Positions 12,860 through 25,540 of a stretch of 64,000 nucleotides of DNA are shown in pieces. Numbering within the stretch: the stretch's first letter is position 1; the number at the start of each line of letters is the position of its first letter. Source of the DNA: Marsupella aquatica (taxonomy: Eukaryota; Plantae; Marchantiophyta); the NCBI GenBank assembly GCA_973895155.1, contig OZ316891.1, positions 27,967,145 through 28,031,144 of the forward strand, read 5' to 3'. The notes beneath the pieces were generated by a model. That model saw only the letters and a program-made list of their open reading frames with translations. It did not search any database and was not told the origin of the DNA. The translations under genes were made by a program, and so were the position numbers.

Positions 12860-14022
12860 CGTTATCAGCACGAATGCAATTTTTTTCTCCACGAAGAGGT
12901 GCTAAACCATAAGGGGAGATCCGAAGAGTTTTTCCCAAAAGATGAGCACTTTTGGCCACATTTGAGGGCCATTTCTCGATAGAAACCTCGAGTGGAATGA
13001 TATGGGCCTTTGTTCGTCTATGGCTTGAGAACGATAGACCACCATCAAGAGATCTTGTGAGCCAGCCAGCAATAGGCAAACAGTAGGACCATAGAGACAG
13101 AACGAAAACAAAAACACGAAGGGCCAGCCGTAGTCTAATCCGAAGGAATTGAAACGAAAGGAAATCGGCAGAAGAGTAGAACTTCTTGAAACCCACAGCA
13201 ACTCAAGACAAATCCCGCAGACGACGCATAGCACACACGAAGGAACGATAGCGCCAACTCAACACGAAGACCAAGCCCCGGACAAAGCCACGAGGCGTCG
13301 TTCCGCAGATAGCACCACACAATCCAGACACAACTCAGACACAATTCGACACTCGCCGCATGTAGCCACTGAATTCACAATTCGACGCTTCGCCTCCTGT
13401 AGCCACTGACTCCCGGACCCACACTTGAGACAGCGCAACGTTGAAACAAGACGAAACAAAACAGAAGATCGATAAGGACTTCATCGGCACACCATCCCTC
13501 ACCAAATTGAAACCACCCGTATAGGGACCCTGACTGAAGTCAAAGCGGATCGATCCCACACAAGAAGAGCAGAATAAAGAAATACACAGAAATTGCAGAG
13601 AAGACTCCGAGAGATAAAACGCGAACACAGAAGAGTCCCAGGCAAATTAACACACTGAAGAGAGCCGAAGGAATTGGGTTCAAGAAAAAAAAAAGCAGCA
13701 CCATCCACAGAGAACGAAAGAAGACCTGAGCAATAGAGCACCGCAGGACTGAGAGAGAAAGACCAAGCACACCATAGCGAAGAGAGCAAACGCGAGCCCC
13801 AGACCGAAAACGTACAAGCAAGGGCAGCGACCCCCAATTCTCCTTTCCACCCACCTAAGAAGGAAGAATCCAATCATACCGGGACCAAACCTGAAGAATA
13901 GAGAATACCAAAAGAAAGGAGCAAGCGAAGCTGATCCACCACAAAATAATAGCTAAGTGCAAAACTCCATTGAACCCTCCTTAATTGCATACATTTACAA
14001 GGTGAACCCATATTAGCCCAAG

Positions 14023-17000
14023 ATGGCAATGGAGAAACTATTATTCCCAGCACTAAGAATTGACGGGAAGAACTATAATGATTGGACAATAGACGTGGAG
14101 GTTAACCTCACCGCAAAAAGAATCCCATAAACAATACATACCGACATTGGGGTGGACCAATACCAGAAGGCCCAAGCATTAGTCCTACTAAGACACCACT
14201 TAATAGAACCATTAAAACATCAATATAAGACGATATACAACCCAAGGCTCCTATGGGATGCATTGAAAGAGAGATTTGAACACATAACAACTATAAACTT
14301 ACCAAATGCGCTACAAGCATGGGTAACCTTAAGAGTGCAAGATTTCAAAACGGTAGACTTATACAACAGCGAGATGTTCCGCATCTCGAACGAACTCCAA
14401 ATGTGCGGTGAACCAGTGAATGATAAACAACAAATCGAAAAGACACTAGCAACATTTCACCCTACAAACTTAGTAATCTCAAACCAGTATAGAAACATGG
14501 CATTCACTAAATACTCAGCACTAATAGCACACATGCTCTTGGCAGAACAAAACTCAATCCTACTCATGACAAATGCAAAGGATAGACCCCCGGGTACACT
14601 CCCAATACCTGCCACCACTGAGACAAACTTAATTATAAACGAGAAACTGAGAGAAGCTAACTTGACCACACCTTATGATAGAAATACAAGTAAATTCAGG
14701 GGGAGAGGCTCATATAGGGGAAGAGGAATGAAGGGAGGACGATCGAACTACTCCTACAGAGGAGGACCCAGAGGAGGATTCAGCAACCGCGGAAGGGGCC
14801 GTGAAAGAAACAATTTCCCCGGAAGGACCACATGGAAACGAGGCCGCAACGACTACCAAGAGAAGCCAAGAAACAACTCAACAGGAATACCAAAGACCTG
14901 TCACCCAAGGTCATTCCAAAAACCATGCATTGCCTGCTCCCAGGGCAAGATGATTACCGCCCCCTCCATCCCAAAAACCAAAAACCATATCCCCGCATTC
15001 CTTGAGAGACTCCATGCGGACGTATGTGGACCAATCGACCCACCAAGTGGACCATTTCAATACTTCTTGGTAGTGATAGACGCCAGTTCTAAGTGGTCCA
15101 GAGTATCCTTATTATCAACCCGCAACCTAGTCTTCCCCAGAATCCTTACACACATCTTAAGACTAAGGTCACAATTCCCTGAAAATCCAATTAGAACCCT
15201 TAGAACTGATGGAGCTGGTGAATTCACTTCTAGAACCTTTGATGACTTCTACACAATAAATGGAATTGACTCCCAACATAATGTACCCCATGTCCACTTC
15301 CAGAATGGACTAGCGGAGTCACTTATTAAACGTATACAACAGATTGCTAGACCACTATTAATGCAATCATCACTCCCAACATCAGCATGGGGCCATGCAG
15401 TATTACATGTTGCAACCCTACTCCTTTATAGACCATCAGCCTTTAACAGCAACACACCTTATCACCTAGCTTTCGGGCAACCACCAAATATCTCACACCT
15501 AAGAATATTTGGATGCCAAGTCCTCATCCCCATACTAGGTCCTCATAGAACCAAAATGGGACCACAACGGAGGAAAGGCATCTATGTAGGATTTGACTCA
15601 ACATCTATCATACGATACATGGAACCTACAACCACTGACATATTCAAAGCCCGTTTCAGCAATTGCCATTTCTATGAAAACATTTTCCCAACCATTAACA
15701 CGCAAGAGGGAAAACATAAGTCATACACCAAAACACTCACATGGCAAGCTTCCCCGGCACTTTGCCCAGATCCTCGAACTAACCAAACTGAACTAGAAGT
15801 CAATAGGATACTTCAATTAACCAAGATCATGGAGTCCTTACCCGACTCATTTGCTGATGCTACACATGTAACTAAATCCCATATACCAGCGGCTAATACA
15901 CCATCCCGCATACAAGATCAGAGACTATCCTCTGACACACTCCCACAACTCAAAAGAGGGAGACCACTAGGAGCAGTCGACAAACAACCTAGAAACAAGC
16001 GTAGACCTCCTACACCAACCAACCATACGAGACCACCATCCCAACCAGAGATAGCCATTAACTACAACTCCACTGGTAACATACTAGATAGAATGATGAT
16101 CAACCCTGATCTCATATTTGCCTCTCATGTAGCAAATGATATTAACAACCTACCAGATCCCAAATCAGTGACCGAAGCACAAAAACAAATAGATTGGAGC
16201 AAATGGCAAGAGGCCATGAACTCCGAATTAGACTCCTTGATATCTAGAAAAGTCTTTGGACCTATAACCGTAGCTTCCCCAGACCAACACCTCACGGGAT
16301 ATAGGATGACATTTGTTAAAAAGCGAAACTCACAAGGAGAAATACTAAGATATAAAGCTAGGCTGGTTGCTAAAGGCTACACACAAGTTTATGGAACTGA
16401 CTATGCCCTGACATACTCACCTGTCATGGACGTCACCACATACCGCTATTTGATAGCATTTGCTATACACAACAAACTGCTAATGCAACAAATGGATGTT
16501 GTTACCGCTTACCTTTATGGTAAACTGGACAACGTTATTTATATGGAAGCCCCGCCTGAACTCATTGAGAGAGTAAACTTCCATGCAAATTCAAAACATA
16601 ATCCACATATGCACAATGATAATAGTGCAAAATCATTTGACTATATGAACAAATTGGTACTCCACAATGCTTCCAAAGCAATTGCATTACAAGAACCTAG
16701 AAAGGATCATAAGGCAACCGGAGCAAAGACCCGGTATGCAGTTCAAGTCCTTAGTTCCCTTTACGGACTCAAACAGAGTGGACGTACATGGTATCACAGA
16801 TTCAAAAATCAAATGATATCCATGGGATATAAGAATTCTGAAATAGCTCCTTGCTTATTTATAAAGCATGAAGGACCTGAATTCATAATCATCGCTATAT
16901 ATGTTGATGACCTCAACCTCCTTGGTACGAAAAAGATGATGAATGAGTCAATGCAAACACTAAAAAGCGTATTTGAAATGAGAGACATGGGCAGAACTTC

Positions 17001-17955
17001 TTATTGCATTGGACTCCAATTTGAACATTTGGAAAAAGGCATTCTTTTACACCAAACTACTTACACAAAGAAAATATTACAACAATTCAGAATGAATATG
17101 TTGAAGCCTGTTAAATCCCCCATGGACATCCGTACCCTTGATAAGGATAAGGATATGTTTAGAAAAAGAGAAGAATTCGAACCTATATTAGGTTCAGATA
17201 TGCCATACCTTTCGGCTATCGGTGCTCTTATGTTTTTATCTAATCAAACAAGACCAGACATAGCATTTTCTGACAACCTACTGGCGAGACATAGTTCTCA
17301 ACCCACTATAAGACATTGGAACGGGCTAAAACGGATTTTCAGATACCTTAATGGTACATCCGACCTCGGCCTATATTTTCCTAATGAGGATAACCATAAG
17401 TTGAAAGGATATGTTGACGCCGGATACCTTTCTGATCCACATGACGGTAGATCTCAAACAGGATATATATTCTTAATGGGATCAACACCAATATCTTGGA
17501 GAAGTACTAAGCAAATACTTGCAACCACTTCTTCAAACCATTCAGAAATTATTGCCCTTTATGAGGCTACTAGAGAATGTTTATGGCTAAGGCAAGTAAT
17601 AGACCATATTCTTATTCAAACAGGTAAACAAAACTTAACCATGCCTACAACTATATTTGAAGACAATATGTCATGCATCACTCAAATCAAATCAGGATTT
17701 ATAAAAGGTGAACGCACAAAACATATTGCACCCAAGTTCTTTTTCTCACATGAACAACAAGGAAAAGACATCGACATACAATGGATTTCAGGAGACAAGA
17801 ACCTGGCCGACATCCTAACAAAATCTCTACCCCCATCTACTCATAGAACACTAACTCACCTCTTGGGGATGCGAAGTCTTAAGAAACTGATGCAGGGTTC
17901 TAACATTGAGGGGGAGAATGGATTTTTCTACAACAACACTATTGAAGAAGAATGA
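14023..17955 (+). CDS. Copia gag-integrase-RT-RNase H polyprotein lacking knuckle and protease; stop at 14128
   Basis: ATG 14023 (MAMEKLLFPALRIDGKNY), TAA at 14128, then 1267 open codons from 14152; HADVCGP, RTDGAGEF, YKARLVAKG, YVDD, YVDA, KHIAPK. Gag runs straight into the integrase CxxC near 14880. Confidence 0.9.
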
Positions 17956-18323
17956 CTACTTACTATGAAGAAGCAAACCATCAATACTACCACAAAGGAG
18001 ATCAAGACATCCTCAAGAACACCAATAACTCAAATACAGTACAATGAAGACAATGGAGACAACAACCTCCATGGAGCCTAACAACATAGAAAACACAAAT
18101 AAAACCAATATTGTACTCTAGACCTAACATACATACAAAATAGATCATACAAAAGAAATGGAAGGTGGCAATACTCTTTCCTTCCATGATGTTAGTAGGG
18201 AAGGTTTTAATGAGACTGCACCTCCATCATCTCACAATATAACATAGGTAGAAGATATCTAACTGATAGCAACTTAGCTTGGTCGTTATAATTTCATCAA
18301 AAACTATAACACCCAAGGGGGAG

Positions 18324-18458
18324 TGTTATACCCTAACTAGGATTAGATATCTTAACCCGAGTTAAGATCTAACCAAGATCTAACTCAACTACCTCATGTA
18401 TATATATTGGACACATGAATAAGATTCATTACATTGTTGGAGTATATGGTTTGTAACA
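18324..18458 (+). repeat. 3' LTR of copia-2
   Basis: Identical to 12725-12859, preceded by the PPT. Confidence 0.95.
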
Positions 18459-19377
18459 ATTGAAGGATTTTTGGGTGGTATGGAGTGCATTTGGAAATCT
18501 ATATGATGAAACCAACACACTCCTTGTGGATGACTCCCCCTTGAAGGCATTTGCCAACCCAGACATGACCGGACTATTTCCAGTGCCCTACACGCATGCC
18601 AATCGTGGAGACAATTTTCTTCTAACAATTCTTTGGCCATGTCTTGAGAAACTGTCACATGCAAGTGACATTCGTTGTTATCTTCTCCTAAACTCTCCAA
18701 AGTGGTCTCTATTGCACATTAAGAGAGACAAGGCAAAAAATGAGATTACTTATGATCAACTTAGTAAGAGATGTGCAGCAAAAATTTGGAAGTCACAGTA
18801 TAGGCATAGTGTGCCGGACCTCAATAGCAATGAGATTCCTTGGGCTGTGAAGCACCGTATATGTAGCTTATGTCCTAAGGTGGAACTTGACGATGCACTT
18901 GTCACCTCACTTGCTAGATCATTTGTAGGATGGGAATATTCAGGTCTGTATAGAGAAAATCCCAGACACTTTTTGCGGGAGATTATAGCAGTTAGGAACA
19001 ACACCACCAAATTTCATCTCCCTGAAGATAAAGGGAGTTGCAACCTTGACATTAGGGTAGATAGTAAAGGAGACAAGGGCACGTGCTCAGATAAATATTG
19101 TAAGGAGCACTTTGTTTAGAGATCTGACTCATGTTAAGCCCATTAGATAGTAAAAATGGGTGCCAGGCCTGGATATTCATTGTAAGTTTGGACACAATTG
19201 TATATAATTATTTCACACATTATCAATCAATGGTCCTTGCCTAGGCTTCTTTGTGCGTAAATGTTTTTACAAGTATGATCTCTATCCCATGGTTCTTTGT
19301 GAACTAATAAGTAATATAATACTATTATAAGTAATATAATATAATATATTAATATAATACTAATAAGATTTGGCCTA

Positions 19378-19462
19378 TAAAGTGTACATTTAGGTATCAA
19401 AAAGTGTAAATTTGGGCTTCTTAAAGTGTACATTTGGGGACATAAAAGTGTACATTTCAGGA
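19378..19462. repeat. Four ~22-bp-spaced copies of AAAGTGTACATTT
   Basis: Seen directly; the core GTGTACAT is near-palindromic. Confidence 0.7.
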
Positions 19463-19508
19463 CTGATTTGTGAACAAAAGAAAATACACTTTTAATGAAT
19501 AGGCTGAT

Positions 19509-21598
19509 CTTTGTACCTTGGTGGAAGGGCGTACTTCGCTAGCCACATCAAAATCATCATTGAGTGGTACGCTCATTTCAACCGCCGCAGCCTCCCGCGT
19601 ATCAACGAGCCCGAGCTGACCCCCTCAAAATGGGTGTTCCCAGCCCAGGTAAGGTGACGGCAGCCCAAGGCCCAAAGTCCGGCAGCTACAAGCCTTGCTA
19701 CCCCGGCCCCGCAACCCGCCGCTGCCGCCCCGCCAAGCATACTTGTAGACGTTATTGCGACCTTAGACGCGATCAATCGGAACAATGCAATCAAAGCCGG
19801 GCCGGATGAAGCCATACCCAAAGCAGATGCCACGGTAGACGAGGAGATTCCGCCACCCCCCGCGGTTGTGCAGGACAACCGCCCACCTCCAGTGGAACCA
19901 GCCCCTTCGACCAACTTACCTCAAGGGCTAGATATGTCCACTCCTACTCCCGCACGGGTTGGAGTCTGCCCGTGCCTGAATCCAGATGGACACAGTCTAG
20001 ACCATCCAGAACTCTTTGCGCCGGGCACATTTCTTAACGGGCTGTTGGGAGATTTCTCTCAACAGATCTCTCAGGACACCGCGGAATACATGGCCCGGAG
20101 AGTGGCCTACTTCTTCAACCAGGAGTTGGTTGCTGCTGTAAGGGTAGGACATGCACAGGCAGAGACAGCGTAGAGAATAGAGCGATATCGGGTGGAGTCT
20201 GCCTACTTGAAGGATGAAGTGGCAACCCTGGAGGCTAAACTCCAGCAACTACGGCCTCAGGTAACAACCGCAGAGGACCAGGTGGCCGAGGCAAGGGCCC
20301 AAGCAGCTTTAGCAGTACAGGCCGGGCTCGGAAAGGATGCCAAGATCGCACGGCTCCAGACCAAGATTGACGGTTTGAAAGGACAAACTGTCAGTTGGCA
20401 AAAGGATGTGGAGGAAGTTGACTCCAGGTCTCAACGGGACACAGCCGAGATTGACACCCTGAAGGCAGAGGTGGTGCGGCTTCAAGGAGAAGCCACAAAA
20501 CAGGCCCAATTGGTGGATAAGCTGACGAGCAACGCCCAGCAACTGGAGGAGGCGTGTCAGGAGGCCGCGGAAGAGACGAACATGGCGAAGCAGGAGAACA
20601 AATCTTTGCTACTCAAGCTACTCAAGCTAAACGCCGACAGGCTTAGAAGGCAACGGGATGGTCGCTCCCACTCGAGCGGCTCTGGCAAGCGTGCCAGGCA
20701 TTAGCGGCGGAGTAGGATTAAAATAGAGTTAGGAGTAGCTAAAATAGGCTATGGCAACCAGCACCCGCCCTAGTTACAGCAACGTTGTTGTACTAGACAG
20801 CCTGCCTAGATTAGGATCTTCTAATAAGACAAGCCATTTTTCGGCTTGACAGCCAGCTTAGTTAGGATCTTAGTTAGCAAATCTTCGGGCGTGAGGGCAC
20901 TCCATTCCTCGGCCCTTAGTATTTAGTGCACCCCTCGGTAGAGGCAGGGGGGTTTTTAGTCTCAGAGTTGGACATCCGCGGGATGTGCGGGGAGTCCCGA
21001 CCTCTGGGAGTGAAAGAGTACCAAGGGGAGGGGGTAGGACTAAGCTCGTTGGGTGAGTGCGGAGCCGGGCTCCGTTGTAGTGTGCACCCTCGGCCTTGGA
21101 CCTGTTCATTCCAGAGCTGTCGGGTTAGCCAAGTGTGCGTGTATGTCCCCTATGTAGTAAAATCCTTTCCCATCATTTCCTTCGTGTAAATCAAGATTGT
21201 ATGCTTGTGCGTGTGTATGTGTGTGTGAATCTTGTGTATAGGTGCCAATGTCGGGCCGAACGCACTACCCAAGTCGTGCACGGGGTGCAGCTTGCGGGTA
21301 AGTGGTTGCAAGCACGGGTTGAGTACCCGTATCATCGAATCTGGATCAAAGGCGGACAGCATGAAGGCTTAGAAGCCCTTAAGCCGAGGTCGATCCTGCT
21401 ATCAACTAAGGTACATTCCGGAGGCGGAACACAAACCATACCTAGGAGGTGTCCGTATTTAACAGTAGGTGCACTTAGAGCTAGTTTACATGAATTAGGT
21501 GCTTTCCGTGCTTCCCTCCCTGCCCGAACCCTCATATTTACGAAGGATGTGCCTATTTAAGCTGAAGCCCGAATTAAGGCCAAGCTGACGACGTGACA
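19509..21598 (+). repeat. 5' LTR of family A (probably 5'-truncated); contains the 3' half of the coiled-coil ORF (to 20704)
   Basis: Closely similar to 42023-44118; ends ..GTGACA just before the PBS. Confidence 0.85.
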
Positions 21599-21610
21599 TA
21601 GCCTTTGTTT

Positions 21611-21629
21611 TGGCGCTAGATGGAAGGGG
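21611..21629 (+). promoter_or_regulatory. Gypsy PBS TGGCGCTAGATGGAAGGGG
   Basis: Starts with TGG (complement of tRNA CCA) 12 nt after the LTR and precedes gag; tRNA identity not determined. Confidence 0.7.
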
Positions 21630-21725
21630 CACTCTACGTGTAGTAGAGGGGAGACATGTGCGGGTGTACCTGGGCAGAATACAACAGGCCCTCGTGAGTA
21701 CTAACCATCACATTTATATGAGTAA

Positions 21726-24700
21726 ATGCCCGTCACTCGTTCTCAAGCAGCTTACTTGAGGAGATTGACCAACGACCGAGAAAGTGCAACCACAACGAGC
21801 TCCGACTCTTCTGGTTCGGAGGACTCGCAATCGCCCTGACAAATGAACATCCCACCAGGACCATTAGGGTCCGGTTCAACCGGTCCTGCTCTGGTCCCTG
21901 CTGCACCACCACCAGCTCCACCAGCTCCACCAGTACCTATGGCAGCAGCCCCACCGGCTATGGCCCGTGCTGCCCAAGCTTCCCCACAAATATCACAACG
22001 GTCGCAGTTTCATTATCGACCTTTCAAAGGGCATCATGGGGACGATCTGGATGAATGGTTGGATGAGTTTGAAGCCATTGCTAAGGCCAACGGGGAAGAT
22101 GCCATTAAGCTAACCGTCCTCCTCGGAGTGATGCGGGGAGAAGCTCGTCCATGGTACAACTCGTTGCCACCCGGGACTACATGGGCACAATTCCAAGCTG
22201 CGTTGCTGCAAGAGTTTCGTGCCATTGGATCAGAACAACATTCTTTATTAAAGATCGGCCAGCTTTGCATGGGAAAGAAGGAGTCCCTGCAAAAGTTCAT
22301 TCAGAAGTTTCAGAAACTTGCTGCCAAGATCCGGCCTAGGCCGGGTGATGCGCTCCAGCTTACATGGTTTCTCCATGGGTTGCCCACGAATATGCAATTT
22401 TGGGTGTGCCAAAATAACCCAATTTCAATGCAAGCAGCCATAGCGTGCGCTGAAACCTACCGGGAGTCCACCTATAACTCCCGGTGAAGCCAATGTGCAC
22501 GCCGTAAGAAGGGCAAGTATGAGACCTTCAGTGACAATGACTCCACATCTAACGACGAAAGGAAGAAGAAACGCAAGAAGAAGAAGAAACATTGTTCGAC
22601 CTTGTCCAGTTCGGAGACGGAATCTAGTTCGGATTCGACTTTGACCAGCGGATCCTCCACCTCCAGTTCATCAGGAAGCAACTTGGAGAGCGAGAGCCGG
22701 AGCAAAAAGAAAAAGAGGCGGGTTAAGAAGGAGGGGAAGATCAAACCCCGGGTTCGAAGAACGATACCCGATCCAAAGGCTGCCAAAGCAGACAAGCTTA
22801 ACGAAATCACGGATCGACTCAAAGCACTGTCAGTACATTTTGCGGAAAAGCCTGTAGAGAAGAAGAAGCCACCCGAGACCCAAGCACACGCGTGGTGTTC
22901 AAAGTGTTTCCAATCCAGGCATGTAGTGCAGGAATGCCCAAGGTGGAAGAACCGAGTCCACCAAGTAGACTTGGATGATGTTGACAACCCGGGTCCTGAA
23001 TCGGAGTCCACGGAGTATTTCTTTGAAGACCCTCCTGATTCCGTGTACCAAATTTCAACGGTAGGTCCGCATAATTTAGCAAGTAGAACTGCATACCCCT
23101 ACCCCAGCAATGGCAGGAGTTTCCAGGTTATCAGTAACCCGAGCATTCCTCCTAAGCCAGGGATTTGGCGATCACTAGTTTGTTACAACTGTGAGAAGCC
23201 ATGCCACTTTGCGAGGGAATGCACCGAACCAAGGCGGCAGGGGGATGGCCGAGGCACACCACTATGTCAAGTCTACAAAACGGAAGCTCATTCCATGGCC
23301 AACTGTCCATTGGTAATCGCTGCTCGAACAAACACAGCTAGACCGGCCCAGAGCGGACCGGCCACGAGCGATGTAGTCGTCCAAATGATTGCTGAGGAAT
23401 GGCAAGATGACAACACCGAGTGGGTGAATCTGGTGGATATGGCGGAGCACCCTAATCCATCGGACAAGGCTGAGTGCTACCGAGTGTCAACAAGAGCCGA
23501 GCAAAAGGAAGAAAAGCAGGAGGAGAAATGCAGGAAAAAGCAAGATACTACGCCGGTGCAGCCAGCGATAGATATACCCCCAGAGAAGGATGATGACTAC
23601 CGTCGGGACGACCCAAAGCTATTCTATCCCCGCATCAAAGAATTGGTAAAGAAACAGTTGGAGGCCTACGAAGCTCGGGAATACCAGAAAGCAATCGATA
23701 AGGACATCAAAGCAGCCGAGGCCGCCCATCAAAAGGAGCAAGAAAAGCAGGAGGAGGAGGCCAAGCAGCAGCCAAAAGAAGAGAAGAAGGAGGACTATGA
23801 TATTAAGGAAGATGTGCAGAGTTGCCCGGTTACAGCAACGGTAGGGCAACTACTGTAGAACAATCCACAATATAGACGGCAACTAAGGGAGTTGCTCACG
23901 GGTCGGCGATGGAGGCGACTACCCCGAGTTGGGATCACGGACTGTAACATGATATGCGAGGACTTAGGAGCGCCGGACATCTCAATTGAGATCAATAATT
24001 GTACTATGAAGATGGTTCTTGTGGACGGAGGAGCGGGAGTCAACATCATGACTGAGGTTTAACCTCAGTCAAGTTAGGATACCTCACGTATCAACCCACG
24101 GCCCGAACTATCAGGTTAGCAAACAGGGCAAGGGTCCTTCCATTGGGAATACTTACCAGAGTACTCACTCTAGTAGGAGGGGTGGAGTTCTATCTCAACT
24201 TCCTAGTCATGAGACCGGTTTGGCCTTCCTCTTATCCGATCCTTCAGGGAAGGTCGTGGCTGTACGGTGGTCATGTAGTCATGGATTGGGGAAAGAAGGA
24301 ACTGCGGTTCGGGACACCCACGGTACATGTATCGTGGGCAATGGACGATTACCAGGGTGAAACCCCACAGGGACCCGAGGAATATGATTCGGAGACCTCG
24401 GAGGAAGAGGAGCTCAATATGATTGAACTCATTTTGTCCCTATTTGAGGAAGACGTCTTCAGAGTAGAGGCAACCCGGGAAATGCATCTCCTAAATTACC
24501 CAAAGGATGCTATTGAGTCCACCCCAATTACCCCTACCACCCCGGCTGATGAATTCCAAAAACGGCCCATCACTACGGAGGACACGGCTTCAGCTAAGCA
24601 GGGAGCCGGTGCTGCCTCTACCCGTGCAGACCCTATTGATCGAGAACCGGAGCAACAAGCCGAAGCCAAAAACCCAAGACCAAGGCATAAGAAATGAGTC
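21726..24700 (+). pseudogene. Gypsy gag (three Cys/His knuckles) and aspartic protease
   Basis: MPVTRSQ start; DLDEWLDEFE..MRGEARPWY..WFLHGLP; knuckles CSKCFQSRHVVQEC, CYNCEKPCHFAREC, CQVYKTEAHSMANC; protease VLVDGGAGVNIM (~24015-24050); stops at 21837, 22485 and 23856. Confidence 0.9.
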
Positions 24701-24939
24701 TCTTGGGATCCGTCCATCCCGCAATTGGAGGAAGTAACTCCAATTCCGAAACCGATCCCGGACCCGCCCATGTACGGAGGAGTTTGGTTAGCTGAGCTGG
24801 ATGCGAGTCTAGACCCGAGCTTGTGGAACCAGGTGGAAGTCATAAGGAACACTACCGGAAGTACACCATTGGGATGGATAAGTCTTTTAATTTGGGCCAC
24901 GCTCTGACGGGGGAGGCGGAAAAATCTATCCAAGAAAAT

Positions 24940-25540
24940 TCTCGGCAGAAAAATCTATCCAGGCAAATTCCCGCAGAAAGTTGTGGAAGATATTCATCAT
25001 GAGTCGCTGAAACATGGCCGGGGCATTACATAGCCCAAACGGCATTCTCCGAAATGCGAACGTCCCCCACTCCGTAGTGAACGTTGTTTTGAGCTGATCC
25101 GAGAGGCAGATCCAGATTTGATTATAGCCCGAATACCCGTCAAGGAATGTATAAATTTTGTTTCGGGCTACCATATCTAGAACCATATCCGTGAATGGTA
25201 ACGGGTAGTGGTCTTTTCGGGTCGCGTCGTTCAGCTTACGATAGTCCTGACAGATATAGATCTTAGGTTTTCCGTCCGTACCCCCCTTCTTTGGTACAAT
25301 GACAATGGGTGAAACCCAATCGCTGGCCATAACTGGGTAGATGATATCCGCGGCGAGGAGACGATCAATTTCCTCCTTCACTAAGATGGAGTACCTCGGG
25401 TTCATGCGACGTTGTCGCTGCCATACTGCATGGGCCACTAGGTTCAGATCGATCGTATGTTCTCCCAACTCGGGGGGGACTCCTGTTAGATCGTGATGAC
25501 TCCATGCGAACACATCTTCATATTCCTTGAGCAGATCCGC
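24940..25540 (-). pseudogene. Inverted N-terminal fragment of gypsy reverse transcriptase
   Basis: LLKEYEDVFAWS..WVSPIVIVPKK..DYRKLN..FLDGYSGYNQI..RMPFGLCNAPAMFQR; ends before the YxDD motif. Confidence 0.93.

Larger units (their letters stand above)
12725..18458 (+). mobile_element. Ty1/copia LTR retrotransposon, Bianca-like (copia-2), internally deleted
   Basis: Identical 135-bp LTRs at 12725-12859 and 18324-18458; TSD ATTGA; PBS CGTTATCAGCACGA at 12860-12873; PPT cccaagggggag at 18312-18323. Confidence 0.97.
12344..19119 (+). pseudogene. FCP1/NIF-like HAD phosphatase exon, split by copia-2 (12344-12724 + 18464-19119)
   Basis: KLLILDLNKIL..ERPGLHEFLKLVFDRFDIAIWT..NVLL|KDFWVVW..NTLLVDDSPLKAFANP; removing the element and one ATTGA TSD restores the frame. 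Confidence 0.9.

Noticed and set aside
12902-14089. Hydrophobic minus-strand ORFs as env-like genes
   Set aside because: They are the complement of the A-rich 5' leader of copia-2, short and overlapping, with no support for coding.
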